This document shows, in pieces, positions 48,801 to 62,637 of a DNA stretch of 64,000 nucleotides. Both the position numbers and the translations under genes were made by a program. This DNA comes from Sarea resinae (taxonomy: Eukaryota): contig JAPEUD010000045.1 in the NCBI GenBank assembly GCA_026026165.1, positions 1 through 64,000 on the forward strand, written 5' to 3'. Numbering within the stretch: the first letter of the stretch is position 1; each line of letters begins with the position of its first letter. The notes below the pieces were generated by a model. That model was not told the DNA's origin. It worked only from the letters and a program-made list of their open reading frames with translations, and searched no databases.

Positions 48801-51800
48801 TCGGGATAATCCTGGAGGCAAACATCCAAGCCAGAATACTGAGTTCGATGTAGTAGATTGTCCCATTGGTCTTCCGTCAACGTAGGTCCATGCGTGCGGC
48901 CCTCCTCGGCACCTGAGAATGGTCAGCCATAATGAAAAATAAGAGCGCACAGCGATACATACCAAGCCACCATCCAGGAAGTGTTCCGAAGAACATCGGT
49001 ACCCGCATGAGAGAACGAGTGATTTCCATGAGTATGAGCTTGCCTCCTGGCTTGAGCAGCTTTCGAACATTGGACATGGTCACTTCCATGTTCGCGGTGG
49101 CATGGAGTACGTTTGCAGCGATAATCAGATCATACTTGCCATGCTCAAAACCTTGCTCACTCGGCTCGTTCTCGACGTTGAGTCTCTTATAGCTGATCAG
49201 GTTTCCCCAAGGCTTAAAGTTCTCTTGCGCCTTTTCAAAGAACCCGCTTGATATATCGGTAAAGTCGTAATGGGAGAAGCGCGGATATTTGCCTTCGTAC
49301 CCTCCCAACGTTTGCAGTATTGGAAGCGTCGCTCCACCCGTCCCAGCACCGATCTCCAGTATTTCCAAACTGGGTCGCTTATGTGCAAGTTTGTCGATGT
49401 ATGCTGCCATATGCTCATAAGTTCGATCTCCTCCAAGAGAATCCCGATATAGCGAATACAGGAGGTCATCCTGCAACATCAACTCCAGAGCGTCGATTTC
49501 CTTTCTCATGATTGGAGCAAGCTTTTCACCCAGGCGACAGATTGCCAGACCTTCAGTGCCAGACTCCCTGACATTTTCTAGCAGCGCTTGTTTCTCCTCG
49601 CGGCTAGCCTTGAGCCATTGAGCGCTCTGGTGTGGTAACATTCCTTTCTCAGCGAGATCAGATCGGCCTTTCATCCAATTGTAGAAAAGCCGATGATGCC
49701 ATTCCATCTGGTCAAGATCAAATTCAGTAAGAGCTGAGAGAGCAGCCTGTATGTGATACAAGCAAGCGGCTTCTATATCGCCAATCAAGGCAGATTCAAT
49801 CGGATCACTAGCGCGGCCTGGAAAGATCTTCTGGCTATCTCCGACTTTCAAAGAATCCACGTCATCATCGAAAGCCAATTTGAAGCAGAGCCTCCTTGGA
49901 TCTGAGCGCTCTCCTGTAGCCATCTCGTTGGTGAGCGAAGCACATTTCAGTCCTTGAACTTCAATTACGGGCAATGGGTGGCCACCAGCATCCCCCGTGA
50001 CAGTGATATTCGCTTCCGCATTTCGAGATCCTTTGAATTCTCCGAGCGCGCAAACTTTCAGGTGTGTTCCAGGCTTGTGTGAGATTTTGCTCGAGACGCT
50101 GAGCTGTTTGATGAAAACAGGTACCATGGGGGTCGTCATGTCAGCACCGTGTTCAGAAAGCGCAGGAAACATAGACTGCAGCGCGCAATCGAAGACCGTA
50201 GGATGGAGAAGATAGGGATACTCAAAATTATAAGGCATGAAAGAGGCAGTATCCGGAATTGAAATGGTGGACAGAGATTGACCTCGTCCGCCACGACTTG
50301 CGATGAGATTGCGGAAGCAAGGTCCATACCGTAGCCCGAGCTTGTCGAAGGCTTCATACAAACAATCGATTTCGACCGACTCGAGACCAGCAGATTCGCA
50401 GGAGGAGATGATATCCTCTACCAGCCTGATCGCCTGCTCGCCTTCTAAACCTCCATCAACCTCTCCGGTTTTCGCACCGAACACCGCTGCCACCAGGCCT
50501 CGGCAATGCTCGCTCCAGCCCTCCTGCTTCGAGAAAGAAAAGAGACGGAACTCATGCCATATCTCGGACGATTCGAGAGAGCTGGCATTAAAAGGGCGAA
50601 GGGAAAACAAAGTCTCCACTCCTTCAGGTGTTTCCGGAACCACTAAAGCTTTGCTGATGCTGATCTCGCGCAACTTAAAGCTTGATATGGTGTGAATCCT
50701 AGCGACTTCCACCTGACGCATGGCCTCGATCGCCATGATCATCATGCCCGCTGCAGGATATAAAGCGGCGCCCTGAATATTATGGTCTCTGATCCAAGGG
50801 TTTTCGGACACGCGGAGAAAGTTCCTCCAGCGTGGCTCCAATTGGTTGAAGTCGGTCACAGGGGCTCCCAAAAGGTCGTGGCGGGGAGCGGGACGGAAGC
50901 GGTAGTTTGTGCTTAGCCTTGATTCCTGCCAGTGCTTCGCAGAATGATTCCACGGGTACGAAGGCAGATCGACCAGTAGTTGTGGAGAGTATTTGGGACC
51001 GGTATTGACTGCTCCGAATTTGATAGAATAGCCTTTGACGAACAGAGAGCTCGCAAGGTCTAAGACTGTCTGAGTAGCATCGACCTTTCTTCTGAGACAT
51101 GAGAGGTAGAAAATGTCTGCTTTCTTAAAATTATCACCGGCGAGAATTTGCTTGATGGGCCCTTCAAGTGCAGCGTGAGGCCCGATCTCGACCAGGCCAT
51201 CAACGTTCGGCTTTGAAGAGCGTCCACGACGTTTGCCTGCCTTGCTTTTCTCGAAGCACATGCTTTCCAGAGCGTCTGAGAAGAGCACAGGGGAGACCAT
51301 GTTCCCGACCCAGTATGCACCGTCAAGCTCGCCAACCGATGTAAGGTTCCCATGAACTGAAGAATGGAATTCAACGTCCCTAGGAGTTTGTAGCTTAAGG
51401 GTCTCCAAGGTCTTCAGATAGTCCGCAGCAATCTCGTGCATATGATGCGAGTGGTATGCGACCCCAATCTTCAATTTGCGATTGAAAATCTTCTGTCCCT
51501 CAAGCTTTTCCTGAAGCTCATCTATCGCACTGCTGTCGCCTGAGATTGTAACACTCTTCGGACTGTTGATGCAGGCAATGACAAGTTTTCCGGAAGTTAC
51601 TTGCGATATATAGGTTTCTGCCTCTTCACTGGACAGACCAACAGCAGCCATCCCACCAGAGAGGTGAGGAAGCTCCGACATCTTGGAGGAAAGAAGCCCT
51701 CGGTAGTAGACAATTTTCACGGCGGATTCAAGAGAGAGTGCGCCGGCAGCATAGGCCGCAGCAATCTCACCGCTAGAATGGCCTATCACTGCCGTCGGGT

Positions 51801-54238
51801 GTACTCCCCACGATGCAAGGAGATCAACCAAGGCGACTTGAATAGCAGTGCAGAGCGGCTGACTGATGGATGGGGCATTCACATTGGTAATTTTCTCGTT
51901 TCGGAAAAGCTCCTCTGCTTTCTGTTAGACCCGAATTCGGAACCAAACACGAAAAGTGCAGCACAAACCGATTAGAGACCAAGAGCCAAGCTCCGATACG
52001 CATTGGTCCGCCTGGGTCAAAGACTTCCTGAATATGTCATAGGCCCCGAATAACTCTTTGCCCATACCAGCCCATTGCGCACCTTGGCCAGTGAAGACAA
52101 ATCCAAGCTTGGGAAGTTTAGACGCCCGAACGGCTTTAAGCTTACCAGCCTCGAGTATCTCTGCCAGCTCATCGGTCGAAGCTGCAACGGTAGCCATTCG
52201 GACAGGTAGAATGGACCTACGCTCATTCAAAGTAAACGCAAGGTCGGACAGAAGGTTCGGCTCCGCTTCATGAGATTTGATATATTCCAAAACATCGGCA
52301 GCTACCCTCTTGCAAGCGCCATCGTCATTCGCAGTAATAGTGAAGGCTAAACGCCGCCTGTCTTCCTCCGTGACGATGAGCGGTGAAGAAGGTTGCACCT
52401 GCAAAGTCTTTGCCAAAGGGTATCTGCATCGCAGTCCCCGCGAAGATATGTAGTTCTCTGCATCGTCTAAGATGATGTGCACATTCGAGCCGCCGTAACC
52501 AAAACTGTTGACAGAGGCCCGTCGAACGTCTGTCGACGGCCAGGGAATGAGCTCCTGAGGGATCTACGAGGCATGTCAGCTGTGGCAGCTCTAACCCTAA
52601 CCCTAACCCTAAAACAGATCTCAGGTCGAAAAACAAAAAAGAAATGCAGACACAGACCTTGAGCTTCCAGTCATCAAGAGGAATGCGGCTGTTCGGCTTT
52701 TCAAAATTGATGTTGGGTGGGATGAAGCCCTTCTCGAGTGCAAGGGTAGCCTTGATGATGCCTCCCAGTCCGCTAGCTCCCTCCAAGTGGCCGACGTTAG
52801 TCTTTACCGAGCCGACGTACAGCGGGTGATCGGCCGGACGGCCCGGCCCGAAGACGGCGCCGATCGCGCCCGCCTCGAGGGGGTCGCCCGCCTGGGTACC
52901 GGTGCCATGTGCTTCGAAATAGTCCGTCTGGAGGGGATCGAGCCCGGCGTGGTGGTAAGCTTGCTTGATCAAGGCCTCCTGGGCGTCTTTGCTCGGCAGC
53001 GTGATGCCGGTTGTGCGCCCGTCGCAGTTGGTCGCGCTTTCGCGAATAACGGCGCGGATCGTGTTTCCGTCGCGCAGAGCATCTTCGAGAGGCTTGATGA
53101 CTAAGCTGGCAACTCCTTCGCCGCGGCCATAGCCGGAGCCTCGGTGATCGTACATGTACGACTTGCCGTCGGCCGAGAGAAAGCTTGAGCGGTCAGTTCG
53201 AAGATCCAAGAGCAACATCTCATATTCGCATTGTTGCTTACTTGAGCAGGGTCATAGCAATCAGAATATCTGGACTGAACATGGCATTCGTGCCGCCAAC
53301 GATCGCCTGCTTGGACTCCCCTGTTCTCAGACTCTGGCATGCCAGATGCAAGGCCGTCAAGCTGGCCGAGCAAGCCGTGTCGATGCTGATACTGGGACCC
53401 TTGAGATCGAAGGCGTACGATACCCGATTGGACAACATGGCCATGCCGTTGCCAGTCCCTTGATAGACAGGGCCCGTCTCAGGGTCGCGCGTACTCAGCT
53501 CCGCATAGTCGCGATTGAAGACACCAGTGTAGACACCAGTATCACTTCCGACTACCTGTTCCATGGGAATGCCAGCTGGTAAACGATTAGTCAATCCGAT
53601 GGACCAGTATCTGCGTATCATTGCTCACCATTCTCCAATGCCTCGTAGGCCGATTCAAGCTGCAGTCTGTGTTGTGGGTCTATAGCCTGAGACGGTTAGT
53701 GAGCTGAGAGCCCCATGAAACCATGCAACAAAGGGGAACTTACCTTGGCCTCGTTGGGAGAGATGCCAAAAAAAGCTGCATCGAAGCAGGCGAGGTCTTC
53801 CTTGAGAAAGTGTCCTCCTCGGACGTTAATCTGTCACAAGAAGCGTCAGCACCTGCTAGACACCGTCACACTAGCGATGCCGACGGTCCTGATGGGATTA
53901 CTGACGGCACCGTTACGAGTCGGATCGGGATGCCAGAACGCCTCGAGGTTGAATTTATTGTCTGGTATCTCGCTCCACGCACTCTGCCGCTCAGCGACCA
54001 ATTTCCAAAGCTTTTCCGGATTCGTGGCTTCGCCGGGGAAGCGACAGCTCATGCCTACAATGGCTATGGGCATTGTTTGGTCTGCGACGAAAGCACCAGC
54101 GCCATTGGTGCTCCCGCCGGTGCTTCCATTGGTATGTCCATTGATGTGTCCATTGGTGTCTCCGTTGTTCAAGGCGGAGGCCCCGTTCAGGTGCTTGGAG
54201 CCAAGGTCGTTAGTCGAAGATTCTGTCATAAGAGGCAT
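45809..54238 (-). CDS. Highly reducing iterative type I PKS (KS-AT-DH-cMT-ER-KR-ACP), 10 exons
   Basis: [106 protein letters not shown]; nine GT-AG introns restore the frame. Confidence 0.95.
52591..52612 (+). repeat. Interstitial telomere-type repeat (CCCTAA)~3.7 in a PKS intron
   Basis: CTAACCCTAACCCTAACCCTAA inside intron 52657-52564. Confidence 0.7.
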
Positions 54239-55234
54239 GTTGAATACAGAAAAAAGATGGCTCTAGGAAGAATTGATATAGTCAAGAAATAAATAGATCT
54301 AATCTAATAGCTTGAACCCCTTAGCGATGTTCAGAAGCCCTTTTCCTTTATAGATATTAGGAGTCTACAAAGTTGAGCCGGCCGCAATCACGTTCCTTTC
54401 GTAGCCTTCCCTCTGCCTCTTTGCCTGCCGTCCAATGTTGACTCCTCACGAGAACCGGCCGTGTTGATCTGGATCATCTCATTCGAGTCAGCGCGCTCAT
54501 TCTGCAAGCCAGCACGCCTAGCGAGCGCGTAAAGGGTAGTGTTGATATTGACCCTGTCCATATCGACTTGGTGCTATAGACGGCCCGTCTGCAACGGCGC
54601 TGGGCGACGGATCCCTCCTAGTGCTGAGGGACTTTGCAACATTCGGCATGGATCTGAAGGGATCCTGGAGCTTAGCAGAGACGCCACAGGCGGGGCTTCG
54701 AGCCCGGGCTCTACTCCGGCATAGGTGTTTTAGTGTGCTGCGCAGGGTCCCGTCGCTTAGGGCTGGCTGGGCCCCCATCCCCCACGTCGAGCGACATCCC
54801 ACTGATCCCAGGCCAGCTGTCAGCCCCGCATATGCACGCCGGCAGGATGATCATCGACGATCATCGACGATCGCCCTTATCATCATCCTAGGATTTCAGC
54901 CAGACGTCGCTCTGCCGCTTTGCGCCTCTGAGGCACCGCGAGCTGCATGGGGAATGTGGGAACGAATCCAGTCCACCCCTTTCGGCTCGCATCCTTTGTT
55001 GGACTTGGACGAGGCGCTGCGTTGGGGGCCAAGGACAATTACGGTCCGGCGAGGCGTTTTCTTTCATGGGATTACTCGCGCTCTTGGCGTAGTTTACCTT
55101 GGGCTAGCTTTATCATCCCCATCAATCTATCTATCTCCTTGGCACGATTCACGGCCCTCGTCTTCACCTTCATTGCCAGAGGCCATCTGAGCACTTGAGA
55201 CGGTCCCAAATCCTCTCATCCACTCCATACGACC

Positions 55235-56937
55235 ATGGCCACGACCTCTATTCCTCAGCTGAGGATACTGTTGTTGGTGACGACGGGCGGATTTACTCAT
55301 GCAGGTCAGTATCTTCCGGCCCGTCTCCGGCCCGTCCCACGAGAGGGGAAAGCTGAACGGCGTATCTGTGCAACATAGCGCCCGTGTTGGAGATTGGAAA
55401 AGAACTTGCGGCTCGCGGGCATCACGTCGAGTTTGCCACCTTGAGCGGCCAGGAGAAATGGGCAGATGCCTATCCTTCCCTCAAGGGCGTTCGCCTCTTC
55501 GGACCCGCGGTGCCCGAAAAGGAACTCGAGGCTCACTACACCAGAATGTACCGATGGGACACCAACTTGGGCTTTGGAGAGGTCATGAAGTCAAAATACC
55601 TTTTTGATTCGTACTGGACCGACACCTATGTCCACCTCAAGGAGATTGTTCAGAACCCGGAGAGTCGACCAGATGTTATCATCGCCGACTTCTTCGCCGA
55701 TGCCGCCAAGGACATGCTGGTCGAGTTCAATGTCCCCGTCGCCATGGTCTGGCCACAGATGCCATATCTGATGGTGCCATGCTCGTACATTCCCGGCCAG
55801 CCTGGGCTGCAGGTGGACTTTACTCTGACGTCCGAACATGCGTCCATGTGGTCCCGAATCCGCAATGAGTTGGTGGTCTTTTGGGCGTTGCCGCAGATCA
55901 TCAGGTGGGCAATGTGGACGAAGAACATGAGACGAAGAGCGGGCGTGAGCTACAGTCCTCCCACAGGCCCAAAGCCCCCCTATCTGGTGCTGGTCAATTC
56001 ATTCTTCGGCCTCGAATCCCCCAAAGACCTGCCTCCCCTGGTGGCTTCTGTCGGCCCGATTCTCCCCGAAGAATATCCAAGCCTCACGGAACCATACTCG
56101 TCGTTTCTCGACAGCCACAGTCGCACGATTTATGTCGCTCTAGGCACCCACCTCATCCTCCCAGAGGATTCCGTGATCAAGATCACTCGCGGCCTCATCG
56201 CCGCTCTCGATGAAGGAACCATCAACGGAGTCATCTGGGCCGTGGGAAAAGACGAGCGGCGCCACTTCAACCGGACGCAGACCTACCATCGCGAGAACGG
56301 CGCCGACGTCAAGATGGGCGACATGCTCGACGGCGCGCACGCGCAATTCCTCTTTTCGGTCTTCGCACCGCAACGCGCCATCCTCGCGCACGCGCACACG
56401 CGCATCTACCTCAGCCACGGCGGCGGCTCCAGCGCCAACGAGGCCCTCTTCCACGGCAAACCCGTGCTCGCGCTCGGCATCTTCTTCGACCAGCTATGCA
56501 ACAGCGCGCGCCTCGTGGCGGCCGGCACCGCCCTCTCGCTCGCCAAGTTCCACTTCTCCTCGGCCGAGATCCGCGACAAGATCCACGCGCTCGTCGTCGA
56601 CGAGACCGGCCTCTTTGCGCGCGACTGCGAACGCATGCGCCGTATCGCGTGCGTCGCCGCCCGCCGCAAACGCCTCGCTGCCGATCTGGTCGAGGAGTAC
56701 GTCTACGATCACCAGCTTCGTTTCGTCGATGATGATGACGACGATGCCGGCCCCAGAGAGGTGCGTCCCATGCATCTCCAGACGGCCGATATGCGCATGT
56801 CGGCTTTCAAGGCGCGGAACTGGGATCTCATGGCCGTCATGGTGGCGGGCTCGGCGGCTCTGGTGACGTCGACGTGGGTGGTGGGTCGGTTCGCCTGGGC
56901 GCATCGGGGACTTGTTGCAGGGTATTTTTTTCTCTAG
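55235..56937 (+). CDS. GT1-family (UGT-like) glycosyltransferase with C-terminal membrane anchor
   Basis: Intron 55305-55378; TTGGFTHAAPVLEIGKELAARGH (catalytic His), IYVALGT, signature FAPQRAILAH..YLSHGGGSSANEALFHGKPVLALGIFFDQ; hydrophobic C-terminus. Confidence 0.92.
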
Positions 56938-57328
56938 CTAACTACCCGTCTAGGGTACTGAGTAAATTTTTGTTTTTCCTTTTTTTTTTCTCCACGATCT
57001 GAATGCAAAGTATCACCTTGATATTCTGACGCTTATGAAGTAACTAACAATGCCAACATGATACTGTTTGACTTGAAGTTTTTGTGATTTCAGTTGTAAA
57101 CTCCGATCGGTGACGGGTCTGGAAAGACATTTATAGTGATATCATCCCTATAGCCCTAAGATTCTATGATCAACTACCTCCACTCCAAAAAAAGCACCAT
57201 GTTATCAATCTCTCTATAATCTATACTCCTCTACCCTATCCCATCCTATCCCTCCCCCCGATTCCTTTCCCCTATCTCTCCCCCCTCCCTCCCTCCCTCC
57301 CTCCTCCCTGCCCCAGCCTTCACACAAC

Positions 57329-58566
57329 TCACCCCCCCAACCCCACCCTATCCACCGACGCCCTCACCGCCTCAGCCATCAACCGCGTCATCTGCACGTC
57401 CGCCGGCACGGTATGGCCCAGCGGATGGCTCAGCAAGACGGCCTTGTCGGGCGCGCACAGCGCGTGCAGGCCCAGGCTCTCGGCCAGAAAAGCATCGCGC
57501 GCGCCCACGATGTGGGTGGTGGGGATGTCGATGCGGTAGGGGGTCGGGAGGGTGGTGAGTAGGGCGTTAGGTTTCGGGGTGGATGGCGGGGTGGGGGTGG
57601 TGGTGGGGAAAGGGGGGGAAGGAGAGGGCGAGGGATGGTTCTCTTCTCGGATGGCCGTCGTGCTGGTGCGGGTGCGAGCACTGGTATCATGCTCGTCCTG
57701 CAGAGCCTTAGCCGTAGCCTCAGGACCAGAGCCACACTCCGACCCCAACTCTGACTCCGAACCCCACCCAGACGAAGCAGCAGAACCAGCGCTCAGCCTA
57801 CCCCGTCCCCCATAATCAAACGGTCTTGAGCCGCACACAAAGACCGCAAAGCGAAAGAGCGCATAGGGCGGCTCGAGCGGGCACTCGCGGGCGTGGTGGA
57901 GCAGGATCGAGGCCGCGAGCGCGGCGCCCTGCGAGAAGCCCAGCACGCCATCAAAGGGGCCGTCGTCGGCGATGATGGCGTGGATGAGGGCGTGTGCTTC
58001 GGCGACGGTGGAGAGGGGTGGGGGCGCGAATGAGGAGGGGGTGGTGGTGGTGTTGGTGGGGGTAGGGGTAGGGGGAGGTGAGAAGGGGGTTGGGTAGTAG
58101 GTGTAATAGGGCCCGGGGAAGAGGGCGGCGATGCCTGTGGTGTCGTATAGGAGGGCAGGGTCAGTTTTTGGGGGCGGAATTCCAGGGGCATGGGGGTGTG
58201 GAGGGGGAAAAGGGGGTGATGCCACGGTTCGAGGTCAAAGACGGGACAAGACCCAAATGGACAAATGAAGCCAACGAAAACGACAACACAGCAGCGGAAG
58301 AGGAAGCCATCCACTCACCAGGAGCAGCATCGCATTCGACCTCGCCGTCCACAAACTCAAAGGTCGACACGCCGTCTTTGGCGATCTCGTGGCACAAGGC
58401 CGCTGTTTTGAACCGCACGATCAGAATTGCAATATCGGTCTGGTGTGCATTTGCTGTGAAGGATTTCTTTTCAGGGTTTATGATAAGGGAGGGGAATGGA
58501 CAGACCTGTCTGGATCTTTAGTATACTCGCGCTGGTGCCCGCGCCATGCAGGCAGAGAAAACGCAT
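57329..58566 (-). CDS. FSH1/DUF341 serine hydrolase (LovG-type trans-acting thioesterase/acyltransferase)
   Basis: MRFLCLHGAGTS; introns 58505-58403 and 58318-58135; GPFDGVLGFSQGA (Ser), IPTTHIVGARD (Asp), HPLGHTVP (His). Confidence 0.9.
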
Positions 58567-60429
58567 GTTTCTTTCTCTCGATGGCGATGTTTATGGCCCC
58601 TTCTAAAGGAGGAATAAAGAGAAGAGAGAGAGAGAGAGAGAGAAAAAGTGAGGTCTTTGATAGTTGTTTTTTTCTTGCCTGTATGACGACAATAGGGTGT
58701 TCTTGTGACGTGCTTGATTGGCTTCGTCTGATCGAGGGAACGTCAGGGGGAAAGACAGAGGAGGGGAAATGAGAAGAAGGGAGAGAGCGAAGAAAAAAGA
58801 GGAAAGGAAGAAGAACTGTCAAGCTCTACGCTCCTCAGACAAGGCACGACAAGACAAGCCCACAAAGTAGTAAGGTAGGTAAGCAGCAAAAACCTCAGAT
58901 CTCTTCTACTAATCACGATACCTCCCTTACCTACGTAGCTATGTGGCCACCTTATCCAACCGATCCACCTTATCTATCTACATGGATAGACGTAGCTCTA
59001 TCCTGACGCCCCTCAGGGTATACTGCAGTCGTCAGGCATTTCTGACCGGTGGCGCGGCCGCGGCGTTGGCGCTGGCGCCCATTACCTTCCATGTCAGCTA
59101 GACGAACGTTAGTGTCCCGTCTACCCGTCCGTCCGCCCGGTTATCAGCGATCATGTCGCCAAGGTAGACGCTAGACGCTAGACGCTCGACCCCGGACTTG
59201 GGACCCTGGATCCCTTCCGAGCCCTGGCTAGACAAATAATCGCCGATCGGACCCCGGTCTAGCAGGTCGATCATCTCGTATTCGCAATGTGGTCATCCCG
59301 GATCGCACCGCTGGTGGTGGTGGTGTCGTTGTTGTTGCGTTGTAGGTTGTACCAACATCGTCTGCAGCATCGTCTGCAGCATCGTCTGCAGGCGGTAAGG
59401 CGAAAGAAGAGACGGCATCATGAACGTATTGAATTCTGCCCCTATCGATCGGATCTCCCATATCTCCCTGTCCGACCTACCTCCAAAGTCAAAAATCACG
59501 TACAGGTAGATAGCCACCGAGATCAAACGAGACGGCGGTGCCACACCGATACAAGAGATAGACAAGGTAATTAGATGGTGGATCATCCTATCTCGAGAGA
59601 CTAGCTGAAGCAGACTTCACTCAACCCAGAAGGGAAACGGGTCATGTCTTCCCCCCCGTCGAGATCTCAGGAATACTGTTCTCCTACGGCCAACCAAGCA
59701 AGCCCTCCGAACCACCAAAACAACATCTCAACCACCATCCCCCCAACATCCTCCTCTTCCCCCCAAGAAACGGCTCTACCGGGTGATTTTCGGCCCTGTG
59801 GCGCAGGGCCGCAGTCGGGTATAAATCCGTTATCCGACGACGCCGGGACTCGAACCCCGGCCGAAACCGAAGTGGCGAGTCTCGGACGCCGACAGATAAC
59901 CCTTCACGCCATCTGCCTCCGCTTGGGTGATGGATGGGGTGGTTAAAGTGGGTTATATGGGTGCCTGCAAAAGGTGAATGTGGAGTTGGGTCGGGGCAAA
60001 GGGTGAGTACAAGTATACCCTCCATCTTCCTACCCACTGGTCTTCACTTATCTTACAGAGGGACCGTGAGCAGCGTCTACGCAGTCTCACCATTTCAAAG
60101 GAAGCGCGTCGAGATCTGCTAGCCTATCGTAGTATTGTCCATGCACTTTTACAGGGTCTCGGACGGACAGATAGATGGGATAGATCTTAACGCATATAGC
60201 TTACAGGTCCAGGCTGAGGCTAAGAGCGCCATGATATCAGAAACGGGTTATCTTGATAGCCTATGTCGTACGATTTGTGCCCCTGCGCTATGCTTGCCGC
60301 CCTCCCACCCTTCCTCCCTCCCGTTGCCGTCCTTCCGTCTCACCTCGTCCCGTCTCACCTCGTCCCGTCTGATCGTCAGCCAGTTTCGTTTATCTGCATA
60401 CGAATTGCGCCACTACAGCTGTTCGTATT

Positions 60430-62637
60430 TCAGCTCAAGGTATGCCGCAACGATATGCCGTATTTCCAAAACGTCCCCAGTCCCACAACAAAGGAGAGAG
60501 CCGCCGGGATAGCCATGACCCACATCTGCTGATCGTAGGCGTACGAGAAGGCTTCACGGACCCTGTTCGCGTCATCTTCGGAAAGATTGCTGGGCCGGAC
60601 CGCTGAATGCAAGAGGCCCGACACCTCCTGCGGCGGCAGGAAATCAAGCTTTTTTGGCAAGGAGTTGTGCAGCAGCGCGGCGCAGACAGCCACGCCTATG
60701 CACCCGCCTAGCGTACGCAATGCGTACGTCGAGCTTATGATAATGGCTATGCGAACGAGATATCAGAATGGGCCCAAAATCTGCACGGTATATGTTGCCA
60801 CATAAACAAGGAAGGAGATGCTTGCGCTTACCGTTATCGTCATCCGAGACCTTGGCGCGCGTCAAGATCATGAAGACGGGCATCATCAGGCCAAATCCGC
60901 AGCCAACTATCACCTCGAAGCCGTATTGCTCGGGAGCTGCTGATTGGGTGGCCGGAAGCGTTGCCAACAGACCGGTCCCCACTGCTTGTAGTACAGCTCC
61001 CGTCACCAACACAGGCTGAGACCATCTGAGGTGTTTGCTGCACATGGCTCCTGAGAGGCCGGCGGCCACGGCGGAGGAAAGCAGCATCGGCAGGAGACGT
61101 ATACCAGCCATTGACGAGGAGACATCGTTGACTTGTTGGTAGCGCTGAGGGAGGTTGATGATCGTTGCATAAAACGGGAAACCCATGAAGAAGGCGGAAC
61201 TACGTAGACAGTAAGCTGCAGTCTGCGACGGGATGTGAATTGACTGGAGCTGGCGCCAACCATTCGAGGCCGACTCACAGCAGCAGAAACATGAGCACAG
61301 GCTTCCGCAATAGCCGTAACGGAAAGACTGGATCCACCGATGAGAATTGGCCCAGCTCATATTCGAAGGATGCGAATAGGATGAAGCAGGAGACCCCCAC
61401 TGTCAGACATGCAATCACGATCGCGCTGTCCCACGGATTGGTGTCACCACCAGCTTCGAGACCGTAAACAAGCAAAGATACTGCCGTTACCGATAGCAGG
61501 GAGCCGACAAAGTCCACGCGGGATATTTTAGCTAGCGTAACTGACGTGTCTTTGGATGCTGGTAATGTTGGGAAAAGTATCAGCGCTGATACCACCGCAC
61601 CAGGGACGCTGATTACAAGTTATCAGTACAGCCAATGACAGCATCAGGTAGGGACTTACTTCAGTAAGAATATCCATCTCCAGGAGCCGTGGCCGGTGAT
61701 GATCCCGCCAAGAACCGGGCCTAGAATGTTGGCCAGAGCAAAGACGGAACTAAGGATCCCAGAATATATCCCAAACAAACGCACCGGCACAACGTCCGGG
61801 AATGTTATCATCACGATGGAATACAGTCCCGACCCACCGATGCCCTGGAAAGTTCGAAAGATGATACTAGATTGCGGCCACTTAGAGTTCGAGTACTAAG
61901 TTTTGGTCATGTTGGAAACTCACAGTTGGACCATGCTCTGAGAGGCCCCGCATAATCCCGAAAAAAGGGCGAAAATGAAAAGAGCCACAAACAAGAGGTT
62001 TCGGCGACCGAAATTGTCGCTCAGCCTGGCAAAGATGATCAGAAAGGCTGTGGCGTAGTATCGCGGGACTTGGTCAGCAGAAAGCTTTAGCCTTCGAGTC
62101 ATTGAACCGGTAACCGTACCGTTGTAGGTTACCAGATACATGGTGACCACCCAATTCGACCGTTCCAGATCCTGGAAGTGCGTGGCAATCTTCAGCAGAC
62201 TCGTAGCGATGATGGTCGTCTCCAATGCGGAAAGGAACAGGGCCAGCGACATCCTAAGCCGTCATTGCACGACCTAGACATGACAGACGTGGAGAGCAGA
62301 AACCAACCCTAAAACGGCAATATGCAGTCGCAGACCATAGACCACAAGCGGCCCGTCTCGAAAACCTTCTTCTGTGTCGGTTGAAGGGCGACGGTCAGGG
62401 CTCTCAGCCGCCGCGGCTGGACGCTCAGGCAACTCCATGCTGGGGGGCTGCGGGTGGCCGTTGTAAGTTGCTGGTTGTGGTTTGAGGGTATCGTACCACT
62501 GGAGTATACGATGATGATTGTTCGTTCTTCGAGCTGGCCGCTCTCTTTTTCATAGGAGACTCTTTCTCTCCGACCAGGCTCTTACTGGCATTGCACAAGG
62601 AGGTCCCATCTTTCGCGCTCTTGGATTCCATCGTCAT
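60430..62637 (-). CDS. MFS drug:H+ antiporter (DHA2, 14-TM type), multi-exon
   Basis: LFLSALETTIIATSL, RLSDNFGRR, FRTFQGIGGSG, GPVLGGII..WRWIF, INLPQRYQQVN..AGIRLLP, RTLGGCIG; start at 62637 or at the downstream ATG 62438. Confidence 0.88.

Noticed and set aside
45809..54238. PKS split over many ORFs, suggesting a pseudogene
   Set aside because: Every break is explained by a canonical GT-AG intron that restores the frame
58600..60400. Possible cluster transcription factor between FSH1 and MFS
   Set aside because: No Zn2Cys6, bZIP or other coding signature; only short tandem repeats such as CATCGTCTGCAG x3
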